A stretch of DNA of 33,202 bases from Lentisphaeria bacterium (GCA_030754995.1 JASLZG010000001.1:30796-63997); one strand, 5' to 3'. Counted from the stretch's first letter, positions 8,264-17,748 are shown. Notes: generated by a model from the sequence alone, not told the origin. Numbers and translations: made by a program.

Positions 8264-10336
8264 TCACCCGCCCAGCACCGTTTGCCGATCTTCGCGCTCC
8301 GCCTCGAGGACGGCGCCGGCCAGTCCTTCCAGCACGGAGGCGGACGCCCAGCAGTGGCCGCAGAACCAGGTTGACGCGGGCGAGCCGTCGTCAAAGCGCT
8401 CCACCAGCAACGCGTCTGTGTAGCAGAAGCGTTCGTTGATGAGTCCGCGCCCGCCCCAGCCGTAGTGCTTCTCGTCCTGCAGGTAGACAGTGAGGCTCCA
8501 GCGGATCGTATCGACCAGGCGCGAAGCGAGATACGGGTCCGAGATATGCCGCACGGCGTACAGGATGCTCGCTGCAACCGCAGTGCCCATGGGGTGGATG
8601 TGGGAATTGTTGACCGAGGTCACGGAGCCGCCCGTGGAACACCAGTTCAGCGACTTGAGCGGCTCGACCTCGTTGACAACGTTGTAGGCGAACTTCCACG
8701 AGAACTCGTAGTCCAGGCCGGTCTGCAGGTCCTGCAAAAAGCGCTCGTCGCCGGTTTGCTCGTGCATGATACGGGCCGCGTTGATCCAGGCGAGAATCCC
8801 TTCCTCGTCGGGGCTCTTGTAGATGTCGTGCGGTCCGCCGCTGGCATCGAATGCCTCGACATGCCGGCGGTAAAAGTCCATGGCTGCGGTGGCGGCTTCG
8901 AGGTACCGATTCTCTCCGGTGATCCCGTACAGCGTCGCCAGGGCGGGGGTGAACCAGCAGCCGCTGAAACCGTCGCTGTCGAGGATGCTGCCGTCGTCCT
9001 CGCTGTAGGTGTAGCCGAAGCCGCCGGCCGCGGTCTGCGTGTCGACGACGTGATCCAGTACGCGATTGGCCGCTGCGCGCCAGGCCGGCTGATCGATCCC
9101 GGCGTCCTTTTCGAGCTGGTAGGCGAGCAGGAGATAATGACAGGCCTGACCGTTCACGTACCCGGAATGCCCCGGGTTCTCCAGGCAGGGATACCACCAG
9201 CCGCGGGTGTTCCACTGTTTTTCGACTGAATTGTAGCTCTCGAAAAACAGCGTGCTTTGGGCCGAGATCGCGTTCTCCGCAATATTCGAAAGTACGCCGC
9301 GGGCGCAGGCCAGCCACTGTTCGTTTCCCAGTTGCCGGCCGGCCACCAGCAGGGGATAGGCCGCCATTGTGCCGCCGCACCAACCGGTCAGGAAGTTGTT
9401 GTCGACTTCCTCCTGTATACGGGTCGTGTTTTTGAAGATTGTGGTGTCGAAATTCACCCCGGCCGGGTTGTAGGCTTCGTCGACCAGGGCCTGGGCGATG
9501 GCCGGCACGGCGTCGGCGACCGAACCGGCATCCCCGACCTCATCGTGGAGGAATGCATAGGCCTCACGCAGCAGCCGGCCGGCCGCCCGGTGCCGGGCAT
9601 CGTGTGTGAAACAGAACAGGAAGAAGTCGGACTCGACCGGCGCCCGGTCCAGGTCGACATAACCTTCCGGCCGGCTCACGAAGTTGCGACCCGACAGGCA
9701 GCAGTAGACATAGGGCGCGTTCATGAACCCGAGCGAGAACGTCAGGCGCCGCGGCGCCGCCGCGTTGATGCCGATGCCGTTCTTCTCCGCGACTCCGCCG
9801 CCGGCGTCGATGCTGACATCCCGGCCGCCCATGGCGTAGACCCGGTTGCCGGAGATCACCGACGTCGTGCCGTGGCTCGAGCGGTCGGCGCGCACCAGCC
9901 ATTCGTCCGCCCGCCACGGCTTTGACTTCACGTACTCGCCATCGTCAACCAGCTGTGGATAGGTGGCGTCCGGACTGTTGCCGCCGCGGTTGTTGCCGTA
10001 CATGAACGCCGGGACGAAGGCGAAGCCGTCCTCCTCCTCGGGCAGGGTCCAGACGAGACGGACCATGCAATGTCCGCGGCCCGAGGCCCGGAACTTTCCG
10101 GTGAGCCCGGCCCCACTCGCGGTCATGTCCAGGCACACCTCGACCTGTTCCTCGGCACAGTGGAAATGCACGCGAACACCGGCATCATGTTTTTCGACGC
10201 GGCCCGCTTCGCAGCGGCGCCGCACCAGGTTGTTGGCGGGCCGGATCACACTGGCGGTGAGCGCCCCTGCCGGGCAGGCGTCCAGCAGCACTGCGATGCG
10301 CGACGGATCCTCCTTTTTCAGCTCGAGCTCGTGCAT
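8264..10336 (-). CDS. Uncharacterised protein, probable beta-sandwich plus (alpha/alpha)6 six-hairpin glycosidase-like fold
   Basis: About 690 aa. ATG at 10336 is preferred over 10474, whose extension is low-complexity intergenic sequence. Helical-hairpin repeats: LATLYGITGENRYLEAA and MHEQTGDERFLQD. Conserved-looking loops: TGWCGG, DSDGFSGCWF, GGPHDIYKSPDEEG, STGGSVTSVNNSHIHP. Confidence 0.65.
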   Translation of the reverse strand: MHELELKKEDPSRIAVLLDACPAGALTASVIRPANNLVRRRCEAGRVEKHDAGVRVHFHCAEEQVEVCLDMTASGAGLTGKFRASGRGHCMVRLVWTLPEEEDGFAFVPAFMYGNNRGGNSPDATYPQLVDDGEYVKSKPWRADEWLVRADRSSHGTTSVISGNRVYAMGGRDVSIDAGGGVAEKNGIGINAAAPRRLTFSLGFMNAPYVYCCLSGRNFVSRPEGYVDLDRAPVESDFFLFCFTHDARHRAAGRLLREAYAFLHDEVGDAGSVADAVPAIAQALVDEAYNPAGVNFDTTIFKNTTRIQEEVDNNFLTGWCGGTMAAYPLLVAGRQLGNEQWLACARGVLSNIAENAISAQSTLFFESYNSVEKQWNTRGWWYPCLENPGHSGYVNGQACHYLLLAYQLEKDAGIDQPAWRAAANRVLDHVVDTQTAAGGFGYTYSEDDGSILDSDGFSGCWFTPALATLYGITGENRYLEAATAAMDFYRRHVEAFDASGGPHDIYKSPDEEGILAWINAARIMHEQTGDERFLQDLQTGLDYEFSWKFAYNVVNEVEPLKSLNWCSTGGSVTSVNNSHIHPMGTAVAASILYAVRHISDPYLASRLVDTIRWSLTVYLQDEKHYGWGGRGLINERFCYTDALLVERFDDGSPASTWFCGHCWASASVLEGLAGAVLEAEREDRQTVLGG

Positions 10337-10427
10337 GGGATTTCCCTGATCATTTCGTTCGTTCAAATTCAACGATGAACTGCCGCCGGCGTTCACGACG
10401 TACCGTTCAGCGTTTCCGCAACATCGC

Positions 10428-10453
10428 CCGGAGCGGACTTGCCGCCGCTCCGG
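10428..10453. repeat. GC-rich stem-loop CCGGAGCGG-ACTTGCCG-CCGCTCCGG between operon blocks
   Basis: Perfect 9-bp stem in the 210-bp gap, with no clear U-tract. Confidence 0.4.
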
Positions 10454-10546
10454 ACTCCCCCAGTGGTGCGGCAAACAGCATGCAGTCGCCGGGCGGCCAT
10501 GGAACGGGTGATGTCGATCCAGTCGCTCACGGGCAGTGTTTCGGGC

Positions 10547-11494
10547 TCATAGAAGGTCCCGCTCCTCCAGGTAGGCGAGCTGGTGGACGATCTGGCGGTC
10601 GCGGGCGTCGATCAGGGCCTGCGGGTCGCGCGCGCTCCAGTCGTAGAAGCCCCGGCCGCTCTTCATGCCCAGCTCACCGCGGGCGACGCTGTCGGCGAGC
10701 GCCGGGACCGGCTCGGGGTGGTTGCAGAGCGCCGCCGGCAGATACTGATGAATCGTCTCGATCAGATCGAGGCCGACCAGGTCCATATTTTCGAGCGGCC
10801 CGACCGCCGCTAACCGCAGGCCGAAGGTCAGCCGCGCCACGCGGTCGATGTCGGCCGGGGAGGCGACGCCGCATTCAACCAGGTAGATCGCTTCACGCCA
10901 AAGCGCATGCAGCATGCGATTGCCAATGAAGCCCGGCACGTCTTTTTCAACGCGCACCGGGATCTTGCCGATCGCCTCGATCAGTTCGCAAACCCGGTCC
11001 ATGACACGGTCAAGCGTCTGCTCGCCGCGGACGACCTCGACCAACGGCATCAGGTGCGGCGGATTCCAGAAGTGCGTTCCCACCAGCTGCTCGGCGCAGC
11101 CGCTTTGGCGGCCCAGTTCCGTGATGCTCAGGCCGCTGGTGGTGGTGATAAAGATCGCCCCGCGCCGCTGGCAGCCGGCCAACCGCTGGAACAGGTCCAC
11201 CTTCTGTTCCATCTCTTCGGCAATGCAGTCCATGACCAGGTCGGCCTGCTCATCAAGCTGGTGCAGGTCGTGCCCGGAGCGGATCACGCCGCCGGATTGC
11301 GGCGGCGGCCCGACATGCGACTGCATCCAGTCTTCAAGCGTTGCCAGTGTCTGCTGCACCGCCTGCAGCTTGTCCGGGTTTCTGCCCCAAAGCAGAACCT
11401 CGTAGCCGCTGCGCTTGAAGGCAACCGCGGCCGCGGCGCCCATCTGACCGATTCCGCAAATGCCGATTCGGTGAATCTCCAGGCTTGCTGCCAT
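10547..11494 (-). CDS. 3-hydroxyacyl-CoA dehydrogenase family NAD-dependent dehydrogenase (L-gulonate 3-dehydrogenase/carnitine dehydrogenase-like)
   Basis: 315 aa from ATG 11494, 4 nt after the upstream stop. Motifs: GIGQMG, EEMEQK, HFWNPPHLMPLVEV, PGFIGNR..ALWREA, GLRL..GPLE..DLVGL, LGMKSGRGFY. Confidence 0.88.
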   Translation of the reverse strand: MAASLEIHRIGICGIGQMGAAAAVAFKRSGYEVLLWGRNPDKLQAVQQTLATLEDWMQSHVGPPPQSGGVIRSGHDLHQLDEQADLVMDCIAEEMEQKVDLFQRLAGCQRRGAIFITTTSGLSITELGRQSGCAEQLVGTHFWNPPHLMPLVEVVRGEQTLDRVMDRVCELIEAIGKIPVRVEKDVPGFIGNRMLHALWREAIYLVECGVASPADIDRVARLTFGLRLAAVGPLENMDLVGLDLIETIHQYLPAALCNHPEPVPALADSVARGELGMKSGRGFYDWSARDPQALIDARDRQIVHQLAYLEERDLL

Positions 11495-11498
11495 GCGG

Positions 11499-12326
11499 TT
11501 ATTCTTCCCGTTTCGGCGGCGCCACGGAGATACCTTCGAGCCCACCGCTCACCCGCCAGACTTCGCCGGTGACCCAGGATGCCGCGTCGCTGCAGAGGAA
11601 GGCCACGGTGGAGGCGATGTCTGTCGGTTCGCCCCAGCGCCCGAGCGGCACGGCGGTGCGGATGCGCTCGATCATCTCGTCCTCGGTCAGGTTCAGCGAC
11701 TGGCAGCGCTGGGCCATGACCTTCTTGTTGAACTCGGTGTAGACCGGGCCCGGGCTCACGGCATTGACCCGGACCCCGTAGGCGGCCAACTCCAGTGCCA
11801 GGGTCCTGGTCAGGCTGATCACGCCGGCTTTTGAGACATTGTATGAAGCCACCAGGGCGGGCGGGCTGTGGCCGTTCATCGAGGCAAGGTTGACGATGGC
11901 GCCGGACTCCTGGCGTTCCATCTGGCGGGCGGCGGCGCGACAGCAATTGAAGGTGCCGGTGATATTCACATCGAGCACGCGCTGCCACTCATCGTCGCTG
12001 AGTTCGACGATCGGCATCACCTTCTGGCCGAGGCCGGCGCTGTTCACCAGGATGTCGAGCCGGCCGTGGGTGGCCACGACCTGTGCCATGACATCGTCGA
12101 CCTGGCCGCTGTCGGTGACATCCAGCCGCATCGCCGCCGCGGTGCTGCCGGCCTGGCACAACGTGTCGGCCGCCGCCTGTGTTTTCTCGAGCTGCAGGTC
12201 GGCCAGCGTCACCGCGGCACCGGCCGCGGCCAGCTGCTCGGCAATTGCCAGCCCAAGGCCCTGGGCGGCGCCGGTGACGACGGCAACCATCCCGTCGACC
12301 GAAAATTCTGTGCCTGGTAGACTCAT
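11499..12326 (-). CDS. Short-chain dehydrogenase/reductase (polyol/sugar dehydrogenase-like)
   Basis: 275 aa from ATG 12326 (GAGGAG RBS, ATGA overlap with the upstream stop). Motifs: TGAAQGLG, NSAG, NLAS, YNVSK, NAVSPG, PLGRWG. Confidence 0.92.
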   Translation of the reverse strand: MSLPGTEFSVDGMVAVVTGAAQGLGLAIAEQLAAAGAAVTLADLQLEKTQAAADTLCQAGSTAAAMRLDVTDSGQVDDVMAQVVATHGRLDILVNSAGLGQKVMPIVELSDDEWQRVLDVNITGTFNCCRAAARQMERQESGAIVNLASMNGHSPPALVASYNVSKAGVISLTRTLALELAAYGVRVNAVSPGPVYTEFNKKVMAQRCQSLNLTEDEMIERIRTAVPLGRWGEPTDIASTVAFLCSDAASWVTGEVWRVSGGLEGISVAPPKREE

Positions 12327-13081
12327 GAACGTATCTCCTCGAGGAATGCCGTTGAGGCGTTGGTCATGCATTTGATCGCGTGCGACGCGATGTAGCGGGC
12401 GCCGAGATCGATGAAGCGTTTTGCGGCTTCGCTGTCCACCGTGATGCAGCCGGCGATCTTGCCGGCTTCGGCGATGCGCCGGATCGACGTGGTGACCAGC
12501 TCCTGCACCCGGCGGTCACCGACGCGGCCGGGAATGCCGAGACTGTTCGAAAGATCGACCGGGCCGAGGTAATAGATGTCGATGCCCTCGACCGCCAGCA
12601 GCTTGTCGAGGTTGTTCACGGCATCTATGTGCTCGATGTGGGCGATGACCATGGTCTCGCGATTGGCCGTTTCGGTCTTGTCGGCGATCGGGCCTTGCAA
12701 GCCGTAGCCGAGCGCCCGGACGCCGGCGAGTCCGCGTTCGCCCTGCGGCCCGTACTTGCAGGCGGCGACGGCAGCGCCCCCGTCCGCCGCGGTATTGATG
12801 TCGGGGATGTGTACGGCCTGGGCGCCGATGTCCAGGGCGCGCAGGAGCAAGTGCGGCGAATTGTGTGTGACCCGGATGACCGGCGTCACCCCGGCGAGCT
12901 CGGCCGCGCGCACCATCTCCTCGGCGGCACCGATGTCGATCGGGCCATGCTCCATGTCGATGACGACAAAGTCGAACCCGGTCATCGCGATGATCTCCGT
13001 CAACTTGGCTGACGGGATATAGACGAAACTGCCGACCACCACCTGGCCGTCATCCAGTTTCTGTTTCATCTGGTTAATCAT
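12323..13081 (-). CDS. HpcH/HpaI-family class II pyruvate aldolase
   Basis: 252 aa from ATG 13081 (AAGGAG RBS, 8-nt overlap with the upstream SDR). Motifs: GFDFVVIDMEHG, VIRV, LDIGA, KYGPQGERG, IEH, GPVDLS. Confidence 0.92.
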   Translation of the reverse strand: MINQMKQKLDDGQVVVGSFVYIPSAKLTEIIAMTGFDFVVIDMEHGPIDIGAAEEMVRAAELAGVTPVIRVTHNSPHLLLRALDIGAQAVHIPDINTAADGGAAVAACKYGPQGERGLAGVRALGYGLQGPIADKTETANRETMVIAHIEHIDAVNNLDKLLAVEGIDIYYLGPVDLSNSLGIPGRVGDRRVQELVTTSIRRIAEAGKIAGCITVDSEAAKRFIDLGARYIASHAIKCMTNASTAFLEEIRS

Positions 13082-13859
13082 TCGCTGTCTCCTTTGACCC
13101 GTAAGGCCATGGTATCTGCGACCACAGCCCGCCGTCGACGTAGAGTGTCTGGCCGGCGATGAATTGGGCCTTGTCACCGGCCAGAAAGACGACCGCATCG
13201 GCGACATCTTCGACCTGCCCGACCCGGCCGAGGGGGGTCAGCGGGCTCCAGGTCCCGGCGTAATCCGGGCTCTCATCCCGGGTCCGCTCGATCTCGATGC
13301 AACCGGGGGCCACGCAGTTGACCCGAATGCCGTATCGTCCCAGTTCGACCGCTGCGACAAGGGTGAATTGTTCGATTCCGCCTTTCGCCGCACAGTAGTC
13401 CACCAGGTTCGGGAACGGCGCCTTGTTGGCACCGGACCCGATGTTGACGATGGTGCCGCCGCCCCGGTCTTTCATGATCAACGCCGCCTGCTGGGTGCAG
13501 AGGAAGGTGCCCTTGAGGTTGGTGCGGATGGTCCGGTCCCAGTCTTTCTCTTCAAGCTCGAGCAATGGCGCCCACGTCTGCACGCCGGCATTGTTGACCA
13601 GCAGATCGAGGCGGTCGGCGGCTTCCATGTGTTGCGCCAACATCTGCTTGACGGCGTCCGAGTTGCCGACGTCGCCGCCGCCGACCCAGCACGTCCCGCC
13701 GCTGTTGCGGATCGTCGACGCCGTTTCATGGGCGCCTTGCTCGTCACGGTTGTAGTTGACCGTGACCGACCATCCGGCGCCCGCCAGGCCAATGGCAATG
13801 CCGCGGCCAACGCCCTTGCTGGCACCGGTGACCAGTGCACATTTACCATTTGATTCCAT
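13074..13859 (-). CDS. Short-chain dehydrogenase/reductase (FabG/glucose-1-dehydrogenase-like)
   Basis: 261 aa with TGASKGVG, NNAG, NIGS, YCAAK, NCVAPG, PLGRVG and VDGG. ATG abuts the upstream TGA. Confidence 0.93.
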   Translation of the reverse strand: MESNGKCALVTGASKGVGRGIAIGLAGAGWSVTVNYNRDEQGAHETASTIRNSGGTCWVGGGDVGNSDAVKQMLAQHMEAADRLDLLVNNAGVQTWAPLLELEEKDWDRTIRTNLKGTFLCTQQAALIMKDRGGGTIVNIGSGANKAPFPNLVDYCAAKGGIEQFTLVAAVELGRYGIRVNCVAPGCIEIERTRDESPDYAGTWSPLTPLGRVGQVEDVADAVVFLAGDKAQFIAGQTLYVDGGLWSQIPWPYGSKETAND

Positions 13860-15020
13860 TCACATCTCAACCCAGGAGGCGCCGTCGGCAGCCGAGGTCA
13901 CGGCGCCATGGATGAACTGCATGCCACGCACGCCGTCGTAGACGGTGGGAAAGTTGTATGCCTCCGTCTTCATCGGCTCGCCGTCGAGATGGCAGCGGAT
14001 CGCCTCGGCAATGCCGCAGTAGATGGTGGCAAACGCTTCCAGGTAGCCCTCCGGGTGGCCGCTCGGGACGCGGCTGCAATCGACCGCCGGCTCCGACAGG
14101 TAGCCCTGGCCACGGGCCAGCGTCCGGCGCGGTTCACCGTACTTGTACAGGTCGAGATAGTTGGGGTTCTCCTGGGCCCAGCGGATGGCGCCCTCGGAGC
14201 CGTACACACGCAGGATCAGGCCGTTCTCTTCGCCGGTCGCCACCTGGCTGATCGACAGCACCCCCTTGCCGCCGCCCTTGAAGCGCAGCAGTGCATTGAC
14301 GTCCTCGTCCAGCACGCGGTCGGGAAGAAACGTGCTTTTGTCGGCGCACAGTTCGGTGATCGGGTCGCCGGTGACGTATTCGAGCAGGTTGACGCAGTGG
14401 GTGCCGACGTCTCCCAGCGTGCCGCCGGCGCCGGACTGCGCGGGGTCGACGCGCCAAGCCGCCTGTTTCTGGCCCAGTTTCTCGTGCGGCACCATCAGGA
14501 AATCCTGCAGGTACTCGACAATTACCTTGCGTACGGTGCCCATCTGCCCGGACTGGAAGAGGTGCCGCGCATGGCGGACCATCGGGTGGCCGGTGTAGTT
14601 GTGGGTGAGTCCAAACACCAGGCCGCTCTGCTCGACGAGCTGCGCCAGGTCCCTTGCCTCATCGAGGCTGAACGTCATCGGCTTGTCGCAGACGACGTGC
14701 AGACCGGCGGCGAGAAAGGTCTTGGCGATGTCGAAATGGAGGTTGTTCGGGGTGACGATACTGACGAAATCGATCCGTTCGCCGACCGGCAGCGCGGCTT
14801 CGGCAGCGGCCATTTCCTGGTAGGTCGCGTAGCACCGGTCCGGGTCCAGGTAGAGTGCCGCGCCGGTCCGTTTCGTGTTGTCGAAGTCACGCGAAAAGCA
14901 ACCCGCGACCATTTCGATCTGCCCGTCCATCGCCGCCGCCAGCCGGTGTACCGCGCCGATAAACGCCCCTTCGCCGCCGCCGACCATGCCCATTCTCAAT
15001 TTGCGTTGCCATGAGTCCAT
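13860..15020 (-). CDS. Gfo/Idh/MocA family NAD-dependent oxidoreductase
   Basis: 386 aa with GMVGGGEGAFIG, TPNNLH, CDKP, WRVDP..SG.GGTLGDVGTH, GEENGL and PSGHPEGY. Confidence 0.93.
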   Translation of the reverse strand: MDSWQRKLRMGMVGGGEGAFIGAVHRLAAAMDGQIEMVAGCFSRDFDNTKRTGAALYLDPDRCYATYQEMAAAEAALPVGERIDFVSIVTPNNLHFDIAKTFLAAGLHVVCDKPMTFSLDEARDLAQLVEQSGLVFGLTHNYTGHPMVRHARHLFQSGQMGTVRKVIVEYLQDFLMVPHEKLGQKQAAWRVDPAQSGAGGTLGDVGTHCVNLLEYVTGDPITELCADKSTFLPDRVLDEDVNALLRFKGGGKGVLSISQVATGEENGLILRVYGSEGAIRWAQENPNYLDLYKYGEPRRTLARGQGYLSEPAVDCSRVPSGHPEGYLEAFATIYCGIAEAIRCHLDGEPMKTEAYNFPTVYDGVRGMQFIHGAVTSAADGASWVEM

Positions 15021-15050
15021 GCTGTTGTTCTCCTTGTCCTGTGAGTGGGT

Positions 15051-16100
15051 TCAGCCCAAGCCGAGGATTTCGCGATTGCTGTCGTGGTCACTGTCACCGC
15101 CGGCGAAGTCATCGAATGTGACATCGGTTGTTTCGATGATATGATCGAGGATGAATGGCACCGCTTCCGCCGCGCCCTGGTCCGGGCTCTTGACGCAGCA
15201 TTCCCATTCGAGGACCGCCCAGCCATCGTAGCCGGCCTCGGAGAGCAGCGTGAAGACGCGCCGGAAATCCACCTGGCCGTCGCCGAGCGAGCGGAACCTG
15301 CCGGCCCGGCCGGCCCACGATTCGTAGCCGCCATAGACCCCGACGCGACCTGATGGATTGAACTCGGCGTCTTTGACGTGGAAGCCGCTGATGCGACTGC
15401 CGTAGAGCTCGATGAAGTGGAGGTAATCGAGTTGTTGCAGCAGGAAATGACTGGGATCGTAATTGATGCATGCGGCCGGATGATCGGAGGTGTGCTTGAG
15501 GAACCGCTCGAAGGTCGCGCCGTCGTAAATGTCGGAACCCGGGTGCAGCTCATATCCCAGGACACAGCCGTTGTCGGCCGCCTCATCAAGCAGCGGCAGC
15601 CAGCGCCGGGCCAGCTCGGTGAAGGCTTCCTCGATGATGCCGGCCGGCCGCTGGGGCCACGGATAGGTCATGTGCCAGGCGAAGCCGCCGGAGAGTACCG
15701 GGATATTGCGGATTCCGAAGTTGGCCGACGCACGAATGCATTTCTGCAGCTCGGCGGTCGCCCAATCGGTTCTTTCCTGGCCGCGCAGCCCGGGTGGGTG
15801 GAAGGCATCGAACATGGTTTCGTAGGCCGGATGCACCGCGATCACCTGGCCGGCGAGGTAGCCGGGGATCTCCGTGGCTTCCAGCCCCATCGCTGCCAGG
15901 GTTCCCTGGTACTCTTCGCAGTAGTCCTTGGAGTCGGCCGCCTGGTCGATATCGATCACCCGGCCGTCCCACCCGGGAACCTGGATGCCCTTGTATCCCA
16001 GCCCGGCGGCCCACGGGCCGATGTTTTCGAGACAGTCGTACGGCGCTTCGTCACGCAGGAACTGGGCAAGGAAAACTGCGGGCCCTTTCATCTTACTCAT
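15051..16100 (-). CDS. Xylose-isomerase-like TIM barrel (AP_endonuc_2) sugar isomerase/epimerase/eliminase
   Basis: 349 aa from ATG 16100 (AAGGAG RBS). KGPAVFLAQF N-terminus and metal motifs YELHPG, YDPSH, FHVKD, GRFRSLGDG, VLEWE. Confidence 0.9.
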   Translation of the reverse strand: MSKMKGPAVFLAQFLRDEAPYDCLENIGPWAAGLGYKGIQVPGWDGRVIDIDQAADSKDYCEEYQGTLAAMGLEATEIPGYLAGQVIAVHPAYETMFDAFHPPGLRGQERTDWATAELQKCIRASANFGIRNIPVLSGGFAWHMTYPWPQRPAGIIEEAFTELARRWLPLLDEAADNGCVLGYELHPGSDIYDGATFERFLKHTSDHPAACINYDPSHFLLQQLDYLHFIELYGSRISGFHVKDAEFNPSGRVGVYGGYESWAGRAGRFRSLGDGQVDFRRVFTLLSEAGYDGWAVLEWECCVKSPDQGAAEAVPFILDHIIETTDVTFDDFAGGDSDHDSNREILGLG

Positions 16101-16258
16101 GGATTGCTCCTTTCGTAGTAAGTTTGGGTTGTCTGGAATACGTGGCAGTTCACCCCAACAATGGGGGTCATTTGGACATGCTGCTGGAGAGGCATGTTTT
16201 CCGGCAAACACTAATGGCGACCAACCGGAATTCAATTGATCAGGCCGGATAAATGCTT

Positions 16259-17740
16259 TTACGATTTACTCGAGAACATTGATCTCGGGTCATTCCACCA
16301 TCCCGACCTTGCGGAGTTTGTGGATGTCGAAAGGGTGTGAAGGATTCGGGCCCGCGTCGTTGGTGGCATTTCGGCGTCCCTGATCAGCACACCGTTTTTC
16401 AACGCCTCGAAATCGAGCAGATGCTTGAGGAACTCCCGCTCCTTCGCCTCATACTCCGCACTGCCCTCTATCGTCACCCGCTCGTCCGCGCAACCGTCCA
16501 GGCGCAGCAGTTCTCCGCAGCCGGAGAATGGGTAGTAGCAATACCGATACGCCGCCGTCTCGACGATTTTAATACCGTCGCCGAGCTCGGAGAAGTTCGC
16601 CGCGCGCGCTTGTTTCGGCTCCGGCCCCATCAGGTCAAGGAGCGAGCGGGAAAGTCCGATTTCCAGTGGTGCCCCGGCGATGTCGAGCACCGTCCCCGGG
16701 ATGTCCAGATTGCCGGTGAGCGCCTCTGATTTTGAGCCTGGCGTCAGATCCGGATGGTTGGCGATCACCAGCGGCACGCTGAGCTGCGCACTCCTCGAGA
16801 GCGCTCCCTTCCCCCAGAGGCCGAAGTCACCGAGCATGTCACCGTGATCGGCGGAGAATATTATCGTCGTATTCTCCAGCCGGCCGTTTTTCTCCAGGGC
16901 ATCGAGGACGCGGCCGATCTGCCGGTCGATGAAAGCGATCATTTCGGCGTAGGAAACGCGGATAGCCTCATTGTCCCGGACCGGATCCAGCGGCGGCGCC
17001 ACGATCTCCGGATCCTGCCCGGTCCGGTGTTGCTCGATCGGCGAGGCCCCGCCTTCCTTGTCGGTTCGCACCCGGGGCAGGAGCGCCGCGTCACAGCAGC
17101 CGCGGAGTTCGCGCGGCGGGTTCCAGGGGCCGTGCGGTCCCTGGAACGATACCCAGGCGAACAGCGGCTGATCGGCGGCAATCGAAGCCATCCAGTCGAT
17201 CGCCTGCGAGGCGATCCAGTATTCGTAGTGTTCCTCGGCGGCAAAGCGGAACTGCATGGTCTGTGGCGTGTAATCGGTATTCCAGATGTCCGTTACCTCC
17301 GGGTGCCGCGTTTGCAGCCATTTGAAATACGGCTCGTCCGCCCCGAGCCGCCCCTCCTCCATCTGCCGCGCCGTCCCGAACCCCTTGGCATCCAGGGCAG
17401 GTGCATGATGCAGTTTGCCGAAGGCGCCCGTGTGGTAGCCCAGCTCGTTCATGCATTCCGGCAGGTAACGCAGGCCGGGACGGAACGGCAGGTCGTTGGT
17501 CCACACACCGTGCTGCGCCGGATACAATCCGGTCATCATGCTGGCGCGGGCCGGGCCGCAGACCGCCGAGGCGGTGATGGCCCGGTCAAAGACCACGCCC
17601 TCGCGGGCGAGCCGGTCGAGATTCGGTGTCGGAATGGCCCGGCAGCCATACAGCGACAGGAAATCGCAACGCAACTGGTCGCAGAGAATGACGACGACGT
17701 CACGCGGGTCTTGATGTTCGCTCATAAAGATGGCTTCCAT
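16259..17740 (-). CDS. Formylglycine-dependent (S1) sulfatase, Cys-type, no signal peptide
   Basis: Motifs: ILCDQLR, TPNLDRLA, CGPARASMMTG (CxPxR), FGKLH, GPHGPW, ADHGDMLG..LWGK. Start is 17740 or 17725. Confidence 0.92.
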   Translation of the reverse strand: MEAIFMSEHQDPRDVVVILCDQLRCDFLSLYGCRAIPTPNLDRLAREGVVFDRAITASAVCGPARASMMTGLYPAQHGVWTNDLPFRPGLRYLPECMNELGYHTGAFGKLHHAPALDAKGFGTARQMEEGRLGADEPYFKWLQTRHPEVTDIWNTDYTPQTMQFRFAAEEHYEYWIASQAIDWMASIAADQPLFAWVSFQGPHGPWNPPRELRGCCDAALLPRVRTDKEGGASPIEQHRTGQDPEIVAPPLDPVRDNEAIRVSYAEMIAFIDRQIGRVLDALEKNGRLENTTIIFSADHGDMLGDFGLWGKGALSRSAQLSVPLVIANHPDLTPGSKSEALTGNLDIPGTVLDIAGAPLEIGLSRSLLDLMGPEPKQARAANFSELGDGIKIVETAAYRYCYYPFSGCGELLRLDGCADERVTIEGSAEYEAKEREFLKHLLDFEALKNGVLIRDAEMPPTTRARILHTLSTSTNSARSGWWNDPRSMFSSKS

Positions 17741-17748
17741 TCAATGGA

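Noticed and set aside
16259-17740. Phosphonate monoester hydrolase, suggested by the CGPARAS motif
   Set aside because: The protein keeps the sulfatase GKxH motif, which PMHs replace, so sulfatase is the better call.
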